DNA of 64,000 nucleotides from Rickettsiales bacterium (GTDB lineage Bacteria; Pseudomonadota; Alphaproteobacteria; Rickettsiales; BLZN01): NCBI GenBank assembly GCA_014132315.1, contig BLZN01000136.1, positions 10,654 to 74,653 of the forward strand, read 5' to 3'. Shown piece by piece: positions 63,672 to 64,000 of this stretch (position 1 is its first letter; each line of letters starts with the position of its first letter). The notes under the pieces were generated by a model. It saw only the letters and a program-made list of their open reading frames with translations, ran no database searches and was not told where the DNA came from. The position numbers and the translations under genes were made by a program.

Positions 63672-64000
63672 ATGGCACTTGTGGTTGTTGAATCGCCAGC
63701 AAAAGCAAAAACAATTAGTAAATACTTAGGTAAAGATTTTAAGATCTTGTCATCTTTTGGTCATGTGAGGGAATTGCCATCCAGGGACGGGTCGGTGGAG
63801 CCGGACAAAGATTTTGATATGCACTATCAGTTAACCGCGCAAGCGGAGAAGCATTTGAACAAAATCCTCGACGCAGCCAAATCCGAACACGAGATATATT
63901 TAGCTATGGATCCGGATAGGGAAGGGGAGGCAATTGCCTGGCATTTGGTTGAGGCCTTGCGAGCCGGTGAAGCGATAAGGAAAAATACAAAAATTAATAG
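63672..64000 (+). CDS. topA: DNA topoisomerase I, 5' part (runs off the window)
   Basis: MALVVVESPAKAKTISKYLGKDFKILSSFGHVRELP...YLAMDPDREGEAIAWH (Toprim domain). Confidence 0.9.
   Translation, partial: MALVVVESPAKAKTISKYLGKDFKILSSFGHVRELPSRDGSVEPDKDFDMHYQLTAQAEKHLNKILDAAKSEHEIYLAMDPDREGEAIAWHLVEALRAGEAIRKNTKIN

Overview
This AT-rich window looks like a reduced alphaproteobacterial genome of the Rickettsiales/Holosporales type, probably from an intracellular organism. That placement is inferred from gene content. Supporting features: a 16S rRNA gene with no linked 23S, nuo genes scattered as nuoC / nuoD-nuoE / nuoH / nuoI, ALA synthase, a PDH E2 starting MPIKILMPALSPTM, an NDUFS4-like protein, a giant NAD-GDH and ankyrin repeats. 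About 45 kb is housekeeping (gdh, mreB, mtaB, rsfS, nadD, aroQ, gltX, guaA, bcp, lgt, hpf, ispF, secD, acpP-fabF, argS, hemW, hemJ, fabG, ftsH, xseB, obg, hemA, pstC, tsaC, pdhC, topA). Two accessory segments sit next to tRNA genes. (1) tRNA-Thr to tRNA-Glu (32.8-41.7 kb) holds a dead large serine recombinase whose start overlaps (ATGA) the stop of a dead OLD-type ABC-ATPase/Toprim gene. That gene is split by a roughly 0.83 kb GC-richer insertion carrying an intact 230-aa membrane-protein ORF behind a tandemly duplicated consensus sigma70 promoter. It is followed by a 909-codon ankyrin/coiled-coil reading frame broken by only two in-frame stops. (2) tRNA-Gln to about 59.05 kb holds a decayed methylation-linked multi-nuclease locus: PD-(D/E)xK nuclease, an intact 93-aa ORF, a DGQHR/ParB-like protein with a C-terminal Rx4H (HEPN-like) motif, a Dam methylase and an HTH remnant. 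A 704-aa coiled-coil orphan follows. Orphan genes with long charge-free hydrophobic blocks (Inc-like) or coiled coils lie between core genes at 13.4, 28.3 and 45.1 kb and are candidate host-directed effectors. I saw no CRISPR array, intact transposase or prophage. No database search was possible, so all family calls rest on motif recognition in the supplied translations.
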